Shown: piece after piece, positions 29,714 to 39,864 of the stretch
Layout of the letters: the number at the start of each line of letters is the position of its first letter
Position numbering within the stretch: position 1 is the stretch's first letter
Assembly (NCBI GenBank): GCA_963783375.1
Contig: CAWANH010000029.1
Span: forward strand, 960,001 to 1,024,000
Direction: 5' to 3'
DNA from: Candidatus Eiseniibacteriota bacterium
Lineage (GTDB): Bacteria > Eisenbacteria > RBG-16-71-46 > JABDJR01
DNA length: 64,000 bases
Program-made: the position numbers and the translations under genes
The notes under the pieces: generated by a model
Told to the model about the DNA's origin: nothing
Databases searched by the model: none
What the model saw: only the letters and a program-made list of their open reading frames with translations

Positions 29714-31375
29714 ATGCAACCGGAACGGGTCCCGATACAACCGCCGGCTCCGGGCCGGCGTCTGGGCGTGATGGAAGGCCGGAGCCGAACGCTGTACTGG
29801 GCTCCGATCGCCGCCGCGGTATGGGCGCTATGCCTGGGGGCCGCGCTCACCCGCCACGGGGCCGCGGTGACTCCCGACTCCGTCCAGTACCTGAGCGCGG
29901 CCGTTCACGCCGCCCGGGGCGATGGGCTCACGAGCTCGATCACCGAGCTCTCGGCGGCCGGCCTCCGGGTTCCGTTCGCGGCCTGGCCCCCGCTGTATCC
30001 CCTGGGGCTGGCCGGACTCCTCGGGCTGGGGGTCCCGCTCTTCGAGGCCGCGCGCTGGCTGGGAGTGGCGCTCACCGCGCTCTGCTTCCTCCCCCTCGCC
30101 GCGGTGGCCCACCGCGCCGGAGGCCCCCGCGCGGTGACCCCGGCGGTGCTTGCCTACGCCGTGTTCTTTCCGCCCCTCATGCTCTCCACCTTTGCCTGGT
30201 CGGAGCCGGCCTACATCTTCCTGTCGCTCTCGAGCCTGGCCTTTCTCGGGCGGGCGCTGGCCGGGGAATCCCGCGCCGCCTGGCCGGAGGCGGCGGCGGG
30301 GCTGCTGGCCGGAGCGGCCATGCTCACCCGCTACGTCGGGTTCACGCTGATCGGGGCCTCGATGATCGGGCTGTGGCTCCTCACCCTGCACCGGCCCCCG
30401 CGGCGGTTCTGGGGCGGTCTCCTCGCCTACATCCTCCCCGCCGCGCTCCCCAACGCGCTCTGGCTCTGGCGGAACCACCTGGCCACCGGCTTCTGGTTCG
30501 GAGACGCCCGCCCCGAGGCCTGGTTTCCGGTCGATCGGATCCTGGCCGATCTCGGACGGACCCTGGCCCTGGACTGGACCGCCCCCGCCGCGCGGCTGGG
30601 CGGGGCCGCCGGGCTGATTCTCGGTCTGGCCGGAGGCGTGGGCGCCCTGCTGCTTCTCGGTCTCCTCGCCTCCCGGACGCGGGCCCTCCGCTACCCCGAA
30701 CCTCGGGCCGGGGGCGGGCTGGCCTTCGTCCTCTGGCTCTACACGGCGGGGTTCCTCCTGGCCATGATCGCCCTATCCCGCGAGGTCGGCTTCGACCCCC
30801 TGAACACCCGCTACCTCGCCCCGGCCTATCCGGCGCTCCTGGTCCTGGCGGTGGGTGCGATCCGCTGGGTGCTCGGAAGCGATCGGCGGCGGGGCCTCGG
30901 GCCGGCGGGCCGGAACCTGCTCGCCACCTCCGCGCTGCTCCTGGCCGTCCCCCAGATCGCCGCCACCGCGGTGCTCGCGGCGCGGGCGGGGACCGAGGAT
31001 CGTACCCTCACCCGCCCGTACTGGACCAGCACCCTGTGGAACGACGCGTCGTGGGCGAGCGATCCGGGGCTCGGACGGCTCTCGGAGCTGGCCGGGACCG
31101 ACGGGCTCGTGATCTCCAACGTGTGGGAGTTGGTGGGGCTTCGGCTCGGCGTGCCGGCCAAGCCGCTCCCCGAGGCCGCCTCCTCCGACTTTCCCGCCCG
31201 GCTCGCCGACTTCCCGGGCGCGGTGATCGCGGTGGACCGGAAGCTCCGGGCCTATCGGGCGGGCCCGGCCGACCTCCGCGCGGCGATTCGCGGTGGAGCG
31301 CCCTTCGAGGACCTGGGGGAGACCGGCGACTGGAGCTTCTTCCGGGTGCTCCCGAAGCCGGGGGCCGGCCGATGA
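29714..31375 (+). CDS. Multi-pass membrane GT-C-like glycosyltransferase
   Basis: TPDSVQY luminal loop, WPPLYP, WSEP and LTRYVG, with many TM helices. Confidence 0.7.
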   Translation: MQPERVPIQPPAPGRRLGVMEGRSRTLYWAPIAAAVWALCLGAALTRHGAAVTPDSVQYLSAAVHAARGDGLTSSITELSAAGLRVPFAAWPPLYPLGLAGLLGLGVPLFEAARWLGVALTALCFLPLAAVAHRAGGPRAVTPAVLAYAVFFPPLMLSTFAWSEPAYIFLSLSSLAFLGRALAGESRAAWPEAAAGLLAGAAMLTRYVGFTLIGASMIGLWLLTLHRPPRRFWGGLLAYILPAALPNALWLWRNHLATGFWFGDARPEAWFPVDRILADLGRTLALDWTAPAARLGGAAGLILGLAGGVGALLLLGLLASRTRALRYPEPRAGGGLAFVLWLYTAGFLLAMIALSREVGFDPLNTRYLAPAYPALLVLAVGAIRWVLGSDRRRGLGPAGRNLLATSALLLAVPQIAATAVLAARAGTEDRTLTRPYWTSTLWNDASWASDPGLGRLSELAGTDGLVISNVWELVGLRLGVPAKPLPEAASSDFPARLADFPGAVIAVDRKLRAYRAGPADLRAAIRGGAPFEDLGETGDWSFFRVLPKPGAGR

Positions 31376-32811
31376 GGCGCGCCCCGCTCGCCGCGGCCGC
31401 CCTGCTCCTGGCCGCTCTCCTCGGTCCGCCCGTCGAGGCCGCCGACGGCTGGAGCGCGCGGGTGGACGCCAACCGGGCCGACGCCGATTCCCTGTTCGCG
31501 CTGGGGCGGGAAGCGGCGGCGGAGGGACACACCGGGGATGCGATCCGGGCCTACGAGGCCGCGGCGGCCGTGGATCCCGCCCGCCGGGGCGAGGCCCGGG
31601 CCGCGCTGGCCTACCAGTACGCCTGGGCGGGGCGGCTGGGAGCGGCCCGAGACGCCTTCGCCGACGCGCTCCAACGACAACCTGGCGACTACGATCTTCG
31701 GATGGGCGCGCTCCTGGTCCGGAACTGGATGGGCGATCACCTGACCGCCTCCCGCGGGTACGCGGAGCTGGCCGCGGAGTTCCCCGGCCGGCCGGGGCCG
31801 CGGACCGGCCGGGCCAAGGCGTATCAATACCTGGGACGCCGGGATCTCGCGCTGGCCGAGACGCGCGCGGCGCTTCGCCTGGACCCCGGCGATCGCGATG
31901 CCCGAGCCCTCGACGCCGGTCTCCGCCGCGGGCTCCGCCCCACCGCCGGCGTCTACTACGACGGCTCCGAGGACTCGGATCACTACCGGGTCAATTCCGG
32001 GTGGTTCGAGGCAAGCATCCATCCCCATCCCCAGCTCGAGGTGGCGCCGTTCGTGAACGTGGTGGGGATCCGCCGGACCGGCGCCGTTCCGATCGACGAG
32101 ACCTGGGTGGGGCTCACCGCCGCCGGCCAGCCCGCGACCCGCCTCACCGCGCGGTTCCGCGCCGCCGTCCTCACCGATCGCCCCGCCGGCGCCGCCTACG
32201 CCCCGGTCACCGGCGATGCGAGCGTGGACTGGCGGCTCTCCGACCGGGCCGAGCTCGGCCTGGCCGCGAGCCGCTTCGCGGTGGTCTCCTACCGGACCTG
32301 GCCGGAGAAGATCACCGGAGAGGCCTGGGGAGGATTTCTGGATGTCCGGCCGAGCTGGCGGTCCGCCGTCCGCCTCGACGCCGACCGCGCCCGGTACGCC
32401 CCGGTCGCCGGCTTCGCGGCCAACCACCGCTGGAACGCACGGCTCACCGCCTCGCGCGAGGTCTGGGCGCCGGTCCGGCTGCGCCTGGGGGCCACCGGCC
32501 GGTACTTGGACTTCGAGCACGACCAGGACAACGGCACCTGGACCCCCCGCCGGTTTCGCGCCGGCGCGGCCACCGTCGCGTGGAGCTACGGTCCGCGGGA
32601 CCGCTGGTCGCTCGACGGCTCGGCGGAGCTGGGGGCGGCCCGGGAAGGGACCGGCGGGACCACGCGCTACGCGGCCTGGCGGATCGGCGCGTGGCGGTCG
32701 CTGGGACCGGTGGCGATCGAACTCACCGCGGGGCACTCCGAGGGGAACGTGGAGACGGGAAGCGGGTACGATCGCTCCTACGCCCACCTCGGGGTGCGCC
32801 GACAGTTCTGA
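31372..32811 (+). CDS. TPR-containing outer-membrane beta-barrel protein
   Basis: Signal peptide, TPR-like helical repeats, and beta-strands ending in a BAM-type signal (YAHLGVRRQF); ATGA overlap with the upstream gene. Confidence 0.75.
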   Translation: MRRAPLAAAALLLAALLGPPVEAADGWSARVDANRADADSLFALGREAAAEGHTGDAIRAYEAAAAVDPARRGEARAALAYQYAWAGRLGAARDAFADALQRQPGDYDLRMGALLVRNWMGDHLTASRGYAELAAEFPGRPGPRTGRAKAYQYLGRRDLALAETRAALRLDPGDRDARALDAGLRRGLRPTAGVYYDGSEDSDHYRVNSGWFEASIHPHPQLEVAPFVNVVGIRRTGAVPIDETWVGLTAAGQPATRLTARFRAAVLTDRPAGAAYAPVTGDASVDWRLSDRAELGLAASRFAVVSYRTWPEKITGEAWGGFLDVRPSWRSAVRLDADRARYAPVAGFAANHRWNARLTASREVWAPVRLRLGATGRYLDFEHDQDNGTWTPRRFRAGAATVAWSYGPRDRWSLDGSAELGAAREGTGGTTRYAAWRIGAWRSLGPVAIELTAGHSEGNVETGSGYDRSYAHLGVRRQF

Positions 32812-32956
32812 CCGCGGCCGGTTGGCTTCGCTTCTGATTCGACTCATGGCAGACCTGGACCTATCGACCAAACCGCCTCTTGGCCGTCGACCCCCCGTCC
32901 GGTAACCTCAGTGGTTTCCGGTCATCATCCCTCAATCAATCGATCCGAGGAACTCC

Positions 32957-33967
32957 ATGCCCACCATCAGCGTGATCCCGGGGGACGGGATCGGCCCCAG
33001 CATCGTGGAGGCCGCCCGCCGCGTCCTCGACGCCGTGCTCCCCGACATCGCCTGGGAGGAGGTCCCGGCCGGGGACGCGGCCTACACGCTCACCGGCGAC
33101 CCCCTCCCCGCCGACACCCTGAAGTCCATCCACGCCACCCACGTGGCCCTGAAGGGTCCCTGCACCACCCACGTGGGAATCGGGTTCCGGAGCATCAACG
33201 TGGCGCTCCGGCGCGAGTTCGATCTCTACGCCAACGTCCGACCGGCCCGCGCCTTTCCCGGCGTGAAGTGCCTCTTTCCCGATCTCGACATCACGGTGAT
33301 CCGCGAGAACACCGAGGGTCTCTACTCGGGGATGGAACACTGGGTGGGCGAGGGCCACAACGCGGCCATGGGAATCGGGATCAACACCCGGGCGGGCATG
33401 GAGCGGATCTGCCGGTTCGCCTTCCAATACGCCCGCGAGAACGGGCGGCGGAAGGTCACCGCGGTTCACAAGGCCAACATCCTGAAGATCCTGAGCGGGC
33501 TTTTCCTGGAGGTGGCGCGCGAGGTCGCCCCCGCCTACCCGGACATCGAGTTCGAGGAGCGGATCGTGGACAACATGGCCATGCAGCTCGTCCGCGACCC
33601 CTACCAGTTCGACGTGGTGGTGAGCACCAACCTGTTCGGGGACATCCTGAGCGACCTCGCCGCGGGGTTGATCGGCGGGTTGGGCCTCGCCCCGGGGGCG
33701 AACATCGGCACCGAGGCGGCCATCTTCGAAGCGGTTCACGGGACCGCCCCGGACATCGCGGGGAAGGACCTGGCCAATCCCTGCTCGGTGATCCTGGCCG
33801 GGATCATGATGCTCCGCCACCTCGGCTACCGCGGGGAGGCGGACCGCGTCGAACGGGCGGTGGTGGACGTACTCCGCGAGGGGCGCTCGGTCACCCGCGA
33901 CCTGGACCCCCTGGCCGGCGTGGGCACCCGGGCCATGACCGAGGCGATCCTGGCCAAGCTCCGCTGA
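32957..33967 (+). CDS. Isocitrate/isopropylmalate dehydrogenase family (NAD-IDH-like)
   Basis: IPGDGIGP, HKANILK, NLFGDILSDL and EAVHGTAPDIAGK. Confidence 0.93.
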   Translation: MPTISVIPGDGIGPSIVEAARRVLDAVLPDIAWEEVPAGDAAYTLTGDPLPADTLKSIHATHVALKGPCTTHVGIGFRSINVALRREFDLYANVRPARAFPGVKCLFPDLDITVIRENTEGLYSGMEHWVGEGHNAAMGIGINTRAGMERICRFAFQYARENGRRKVTAVHKANILKILSGLFLEVAREVAPAYPDIEFEERIVDNMAMQLVRDPYQFDVVVSTNLFGDILSDLAAGLIGGLGLAPGANIGTEAAIFEAVHGTAPDIAGKDLANPCSVILAGIMMLRHLGYRGEADRVERAVVDVLREGRSVTRDLDPLAGVGTRAMTEAILAKLR

Positions 33968-34103
33968 TTCCCCTCCCGAGCGCCGGCGGGCGGCCCGTCC
34001 CGCCCTGGCGTGCCGGAGCCGGATTCGCTAGAATCGGGCTTTCTGCGCCCGGCGCACCCCGTCTTTTCATGAATCCCCCGGAGTGGACAGGAGGAGGAGG
34101 ACG

Positions 34104-35660
34104 ATGCCCAACGTAGCCGAATTCCGAAACGAACCGCTTACCGATTTCACCAAACCCGAAAACCGGAAGGCCCAGGAAGAGGCGCTGGCCGAGGCCAGAA
34201 GCCGGCTCGGCCGGGAGTACCCCCTCCTGATCGGCGGCAAGGAGGTGAAGGCCCCCGCCACCTTCAAGTCCACCAACCCCGCCCGGAAGGACGAGGTCAT
34301 CGGGGTCTTCCAGAAGGCGGACGAGAAACTGGCCGTCCGGGCCCTGGAGAACGGCTGGGAGGTGTTCGAGAGCTGGAAGCGGACAACCCCCGAGCATCGC
34401 GCCGGGATCGCCTTCAAGGCCGCGGCTATCATGCGCCGCCGCAAGTTCGAGGTGAACGCGTGGATGATCCTCGAGGCCGGCAAGTCATGGGTCGAGGCCG
34501 ACGCCGACACCGCCGAGGCCATCGACTTCCTCGACTTCTACGGTCACGAGGCGCTCCGCTACGGAGCCGAGCAGCCGGTGACCCCGATCCCCGGCGAGAA
34601 GAACCAGCTGGTCTACATCCCGCTCGGGGTCGGCCTCAGCATTCCGCCGTGGAACTTCCCCATGGCCATTCTCACCGGCCTCACCTCCGCGCCCTGGATC
34701 GCCGGGAACTGCGTGGTGCTGAAGCCGGCCTCCGCCACCCCGATGATGGGCCAGCTCTACATGGAGATCGTGACCGAGGCCGGGCTTCCGGGCGGGGTGG
34801 TCAACTTCCTCAGCGGTCCCGGAGCCATCGCCGGCAACGTCCTGGTGGAACATCCCAAGACCCGATTCATCGGGTTCACCGGCTCCAAGGAGGTCGGTCT
34901 GGGGATCACCGAAAAGGCGGCCAAGCACCATCCGGGCCAGCTCTGGATCAAGCGGGTGGTGGTGGAGATGGGCGGCAAGGACGCCATCATCGTCGACGAG
35001 GAGACCGATCTGGACGTCGCCGCCCAGGGGGTGATGGTGAGCGCTTTCGGCTTCCAGGGTCAGAAGTGCTCGGCCTGCTCCCGGGCCATCGTCGAGGAAT
35101 CGGTCTACGACGCCTTCATGGAGAAGCTTCTGGCCAGGATGAAGACGATCAAGCAGGGCGATCCCGTCGATTCCGGGAACTACATGGGTCCGGTGATCGA
35201 CAAGAACGCCTTCGAGAAGATCATGTCCTACATGGAACCGGGGAAGAAGGAAGGGAAGCTGGTCGCCGGCGGCGAGGGCGACTCCTCCGAGGGTTGGTTC
35301 ATCCAGCCCACCGTGTTCAAGGATATTCCTCCCGACGGCAAGCTCGCCCAGGAGGAGATCTTCGGTCCCGTCCTCGCGGTGATCAAGGCCAAGGACTGGA
35401 AGGACGCTCTCCGGATCGCCAACAACACCGAGTACGGGCTCACCGGCGCGGTTTATACCGACAACCGGAAGAAGCTGGACGAGGCCGAGGCCGAGTTCCA
35501 CGTCGGGAACCTGTACCTGAACCGGAAGTGCACCGGAGCCCTGGTGGGCGGCCAGCCCTTCGGCGGGTTCAACATGAGCGGCACCGACTCCAAGGCGGGA
35601 GGACGGGATTATCTGCTGCTCTTCCTCCAGGCCAAGGCCATATCGGAAAAGGTGTCGTGA
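34104..35660 (+). CDS. pruA: L-glutamate gamma-semialdehyde (P5C) dehydrogenase
   Basis: FRNEP, PWNFP, FTGS, EMGGKD, GQKCSACS and GGFNMSGT. Confidence 0.95.
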   Translation: MPNVAEFRNEPLTDFTKPENRKAQEEALAEARSRLGREYPLLIGGKEVKAPATFKSTNPARKDEVIGVFQKADEKLAVRALENGWEVFESWKRTTPEHRAGIAFKAAAIMRRRKFEVNAWMILEAGKSWVEADADTAEAIDFLDFYGHEALRYGAEQPVTPIPGEKNQLVYIPLGVGLSIPPWNFPMAILTGLTSAPWIAGNCVVLKPASATPMMGQLYMEIVTEAGLPGGVVNFLSGPGAIAGNVLVEHPKTRFIGFTGSKEVGLGITEKAAKHHPGQLWIKRVVVEMGGKDAIIVDEETDLDVAAQGVMVSAFGFQGQKCSACSRAIVEESVYDAFMEKLLARMKTIKQGDPVDSGNYMGPVIDKNAFEKIMSYMEPGKKEGKLVAGGEGDSSEGWFIQPTVFKDIPPDGKLAQEEIFGPVLAVIKAKDWKDALRIANNTEYGLTGAVYTDNRKKLDEAEAEFHVGNLYLNRKCTGALVGGQPFGGFNMSGTDSKAGGRDYLLLFLQAKAISEKVS

Positions 35661-35675
35661 CCCGGTCACGTCGGG

Positions 35676-35710
35676 GGCCGGCGGGGTTCTTTCCCGCCGG
35701 CCTTCTTCTT
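35676..35710 (+). terminator. Intrinsic terminator after pruA
   Basis: GGCCGGCGGG-N7-CCCGCCGGCC followed by TTCTTCTT. Confidence 0.75.
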
Positions 35711-35896
35711 GCCCTCGGGACGCCGGCGGTGGCCTCCTGCTCCGCCGGGATTGCGACGGGCACCTGAGCCCGGTGGCCGTCTCGCACGACAAGCGTGTCC
35801 GTGGCACTCTCGTATGCGTTGTCGGCCGTCCCCGGTGACCCGGTTTCTACCGATCGTGGGCATACGGGGCTGCAGGGGATCGGCCCGCAGGTCGAT

Positions 35897-36388
35897 CTAC
35901 GGCGTTGGTTCGGCCCGGTAGAACTCGGTATCGCCCCCCCGGTACGCTTTGTAGGCCTGGCGGGCCCGGGCCACGCGCCAGCTTCCGTCCTCCGCGCGGG
36001 CCAGGCGGTACTGGGTCCAAATCCCCGCGACGGAATCGTCGAGGAGCCGGTCCATGATCACGGTCACCGTGGAGCTGTCCGGCGCCTCGCTGCGGTTGTC
36101 CTCGCGGTAGAGGCGCACGCGGGGCGCCTCGGTGGCTTTCGACACCCATAGCGCGACCAGGCCGGGGTCCCGCACCCAGCCCTCGCCGCGGCGGGCCGCC
36201 GCCCCGATTTCCACGTTGAACGTGGCCGGTTCAACGTTGGTGGAGGAACGCATCATCGGGATTTCCGCGAACCCCGCCGGGATCGCGGAAACCGGCGGGG
36301 GCGGGGCGTTCATCGCGGGTTTGCTTCCGGCGCACCCGGCCACGCCGAGAGCAACGAGAGCGACCGTTACCTTGACCACTGGCTTCAT
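35897..36388 (-). CDS. Hypothetical lipoprotein
   Basis: RBS GGAGGA and lipobox VAGC. Confidence 0.7.
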   Translation of the reverse strand: MKPVVKVTVALVALGVAGCAGSKPAMNAPPPPVSAIPAGFAEIPMMRSSTNVEPATFNVEIGAAARRGEGWVRDPGLVALWVSKATEAPRVRLYREDNRSEAPDSSTVTVIMDRLLDDSVAGIWTQYRLARAEDGSWRVARARQAYKAYRGGDTEFYRAEPTP

Positions 36389-36696
36389 CGGGGATCCCTC
36401 CTCCGGTTCCTAGTGACTCCGACCCGGCTCGGGCTCCGTTCCGGTATGGCTGAAGCCCGACCGCCAGAGTACTCCACCCCACCCCGGGGAGAAAGCCGGA
36501 TGGGGCGTCCCGGCGCGGACCCGGCTCTCCGGCCCCTGGGAGCCCCCGGGATGCCCACGCGCCCGTAGAACCCCCCTCCCCGAATCTGCTAAACTGATGC
36601 GCTGGAATCGAGTCCCAATCAAGAGGTTGCGCGTCCGGGGATCCCGCCGGAGCCTCGAAACGCCGACCGGCGCCACCTCCATTCAAGGAGTCCCGC

Positions 36697-37881
36697 TTGA
36701 CCGAAGTCTCCCTGGTGATGCCCTGCCTGAACGAGGAAGAGACCCTTCCCATCTGCCTCCGGAAGGCCCAGGACACCATCAAGAAGCTGAACCTGGACGC
36801 GGAGATCGTGGTCGCCGACAACGGATCCACCGACCGCTCGGTGGAGATCGCGGAGTCCATGGGGGCCCGGGTGGTGCACCAGCCCCTGAAGGGCTACGGG
36901 AACGCCTACCTGGCCGGGTTCGCCGGCGCCCGGGGCCGCTACCTCATCATGGGCGACTCCGACGACTCCTACGACTGGACCGACATCGGGCGCTTCCTGG
37001 AGCCCCTCCGCCGGGGCTACGACATGGTCATGGGAACCCGGCTCAAGGGGACGATCGAGCCCGGGGCCATGCCCTTCCTCCATCGCTACCTGGGAAACCC
37101 GGTGCTCACCGGGATCCTGAACCTCCTGTTCCGGACCGGCATCTCAGACGCCCACTGCGGCATGCGGGGCTTCACCCGCGAGGCCTACGAACGCATGCAC
37201 CTTCGCACCTCGGGGATGGAGTTCGCCTCGGAGATGGTGATCAAGGCGGGCAAGGCCCGGCTCAAGATCGCCGAGATCCCCATCACCCTGCACAAGGATG
37301 CACGCACCCGCGCGCCCCACCTCCGCACCTGGCGGGACGGCTGGCGCCACCTCCGGTTCATGCTCATGTACAGCCCCACCGGACTCTTCCTGATGCCGGG
37401 AGCGCTCCTGCTTCTCCTGGGGATCGCCCTCCTCGCGGTTCTCTATCCCGGGCCGCTTCATGTCGCCGGCCGGGAGATCGACATTCACTCGATGGTCCTG
37501 GGTAGCCTCCTCACCATCCTCGGCACCCAGGTCATCACCACCGGTCTCTTCGCCAAGGTCTATTCCTACGAGCGGCACTTCGACAGTCGGGACCCGGTGC
37601 TCCGCACCCTGGCCCGCCGGTTCAACCTGGAGCGCGGGCTCGTCCTGGGGGTGCTGGTGTTCATCGCCGGGTTCGTTCTCGACCTGGTGGTGGCGGTGGA
37701 GTGGATCCGGAGCGGGTTCGGCCCCCTGAACGCCATGCGGCAGGCCATCCTGGGGAGCACGCTCCTGGTGGTGGGGGCCCAGATCATCTTCTCCTCGTTC
37801 TTCCTGAGCATGCTCTCGGTGCAGGTCACCGAGCTCAAGTCCGACTCGGCCGAGGCCGACACCCAGCGTCAGGCCTCATGA
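36697..37881 (+). CDS. GT2 glycosyltransferase (polyprenol-phosphate glycosyltransferase/DPM1-like) with C-terminal TM helices
   Basis: VMPCLNEE, DNGSTD, MGDSDDSYD and SDAHCGMRGF. Confidence 0.92.
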   Translation: MTEVSLVMPCLNEEETLPICLRKAQDTIKKLNLDAEIVVADNGSTDRSVEIAESMGARVVHQPLKGYGNAYLAGFAGARGRYLIMGDSDDSYDWTDIGRFLEPLRRGYDMVMGTRLKGTIEPGAMPFLHRYLGNPVLTGILNLLFRTGISDAHCGMRGFTREAYERMHLRTSGMEFASEMVIKAGKARLKIAEIPITLHKDARTRAPHLRTWRDGWRHLRFMLMYSPTGLFLMPGALLLLLGIALLAVLYPGPLHVAGREIDIHSMVLGSLLTILGTQVITTGLFAKVYSYERHFDSRDPVLRTLARRFNLERGLVLGVLVFIAGFVLDLVVAVEWIRSGFGPLNAMRQAILGSTLLVVGAQIIFSSFFLSMLSVQVTELKSDSAEADTQRQAS

Positions 37882-37926
37882 TCCTTTCCGCCACCTCGCG
37901 CCTTCACCCCCCCGGAGCGTCCTGAG

Positions 37927-39864
37927 ATGTGCGGTTTCGCCGGCATCTACCGCCATGGGGGACGGCGGGACCCCGATGATGAACGCACCCTGCGCGGCAT
38001 GATCGGGACTCTCGCCCATCGAGGGCCCGACGACGAGGGCGTGCACCTGACTCCCGAGGCCGCCCTGGGATTCCGCCGGCTGAGCATCGTCGACCTCGAA
38101 GCGGGCCACCAGCCCCTTCCCAACGAGGACGAGACGATCTGGCTCCTTCTGAACGGCGAGATCTACAACCACGCTGAGCTTCGCCCGGAGTTGGAGGGCC
38201 GCGGCCATCGCTGGCGCACCCGCTCCGACGCGGAAGCGGTGATCCACGCCTACGAGGAGTGGGGACCGGACTGCCTGAAGCGCCTCCAGGGCATGTTCTC
38301 CCTGGCGCTCTTCGACGCGCGGAAGAACCGGCTCTTCGCCGCCCGGGACCGCCTGGGGATCAAGCCCTTTCACTACACCGAACTCCCGGGGGGAGAGCTG
38401 GTGTTCGGCTCCGAGATCAAGTCGCTCCTCGCCCATCCCCGGGTCCCCCGCGAGGCCTCGGCGGAGGCCGCTGCGCTGTTCGTGACCTATCGATACCTTC
38501 CCTCCCCCCACACCCTGTTCCGGGGGATCCGGAAGCTCCCCCCCGGCCACCGGCTGATCGCCGACGGGAACGGGGTGCGGACGGATATGTGGTGGGACGT
38601 GGACCTGGACACCCGGTGGACCGGCACCTACGAGGAGGCGGTCGAACGGCTCCGCGACCTCATGAAGCAGAGCGTCCGCGACCGGCTCATGTCCGACGTT
38701 CCCCTGGGGGCCCTCCTTTCCGGCGGCCTCGACTCCAGCATCATCGTGTCCCTGATGGCGGAACTTCACCAGGGCGCGGTCAAGACCTACTCGGTGGGAT
38801 TCAACGGGGCGGGGGGAAACGAGGACGAGCTACCCTTCGCCCGGGAAGTGGCCCGGGCCCTCGGCACCGAGCACCACGAGCTGGTGATGGCGGAGAAAGA
38901 CCTCCCCGGCTACATTGCCCCCCTCATCTGGAACATGGACGAGCCCCTGGTGGAACCGGCGGCCATCCCGGTCTACCTGATCTCGCGCCTGGCCCGCGAG
39001 ACGGTGACCGTGGTCCTGACCGGAGAGGGGGCGGACGAACTCTTCGCCGGCTACCCCAAGTACGGCCGCGACGGCCTGGCCCGCGCCTACGCCCGGGTCC
39101 CGAAGCTCCTCCGCGAAGGCGTGGTGCGACGCGGGCTGAACGCCATTCCCCTGCCGCTCCGCCGGGTGCGGGTTGCGGAACGGAGCCTCTCCCTGGACGA
39201 TCCCCTGGAGCGGTGGCCCTCCTGGTTCGCCGGGTTCGCCGGCACGGCGCGGCGGGAGATCCTGCAGCCCGACCTGCTTCGGCGCCTCGAGGATCCCGCG
39301 GCCCGGGCGCCGGTGGCGGAATGGGTGAAGCGGGCCGCGGGCCGCGACCCCCTCACCCAGATGCTCTTCGCCGACGTCAAGACCTGGCTGGCCGACGATC
39401 TGCTCATGAAGATGGATCGCATGAGCATGGCCACCTCCCTGGAGGCGCGCGTCCCCTTCCTGGATCACCGCATGGTGGACTTCGCCTTTTCCCTCCCCTC
39501 GGAGTGGAAATGGGGAGACGGACGCGGGAAGAAGATCCTCCGTGACGCCTTCGGGCCCGGGCTTCCCCCCAGCGTCCTGGCCCGCCCCAAGGCCGGTTTC
39601 CCCGTCCCTCTGGCCCGCTGGTTCCGGGAGGATCTCCGGGAGTTCGTGGCCGACACCCTGCTGAGCGAGAGCGTGGGCCGGCGCGGGGTCCTGAACCCGG
39701 CCGCGGTGCGGCGCGTGGTGGAGGACCACGCGGCGGGAAGGCGCGACTACCGGCGCGAGATCTGGACGCTGTTGAACCTCGAGCTGTGGTATCGCATCTT
39801 CATCGACCCGCCGTCCGCCCCCCGGAATGCCCTCGCCGAGACGGCCGCCGCGGCCCGCGGATGA
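37927..39864 (+). CDS. asnB: Asparagine synthase (glutamine-hydrolysing)-like amidotransferase
   Basis: N-terminal MCG, HRGPD, NGEIYN, LSGGLDSS, GEGADE and EARVPFLD. Confidence 0.95.
   Translation: MCGFAGIYRHGGRRDPDDERTLRGMIGTLAHRGPDDEGVHLTPEAALGFRRLSIVDLEAGHQPLPNEDETIWLLLNGEIYNHAELRPELEGRGHRWRTRSDAEAVIHAYEEWGPDCLKRLQGMFSLALFDARKNRLFAARDRLGIKPFHYTELPGGELVFGSEIKSLLAHPRVPREASAEAAALFVTYRYLPSPHTLFRGIRKLPPGHRLIADGNGVRTDMWWDVDLDTRWTGTYEEAVERLRDLMKQSVRDRLMSDVPLGALLSGGLDSSIIVSLMAELHQGAVKTYSVGFNGAGGNEDELPFAREVARALGTEHHELVMAEKDLPGYIAPLIWNMDEPLVEPAAIPVYLISRLARETVTVVLTGEGADELFAGYPKYGRDGLARAYARVPKLLREGVVRRGLNAIPLPLRRVRVAERSLSLDDPLERWPSWFAGFAGTARREILQPDLLRRLEDPAARAPVAEWVKRAAGRDPLTQMLFADVKTWLADDLLMKMDRMSMATSLEARVPFLDHRMVDFAFSLPSEWKWGDGRGKKILRDAFGPGLPPSVLARPKAGFPVPLARWFREDLREFVADTLLSESVGRRGVLNPAAVRRVVEDHAAGRRDYRREIWTLLNLELWYRIFIDPPSAPRNALAETAAAARG

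Noticed and set aside
29821-31371. N-terminal extension of the 996-aa ORF
   Set aside because: Arg/Pro/Gly-rich off-frame read-through over the GT-C gene; the real start with a signal peptide is at 31372.
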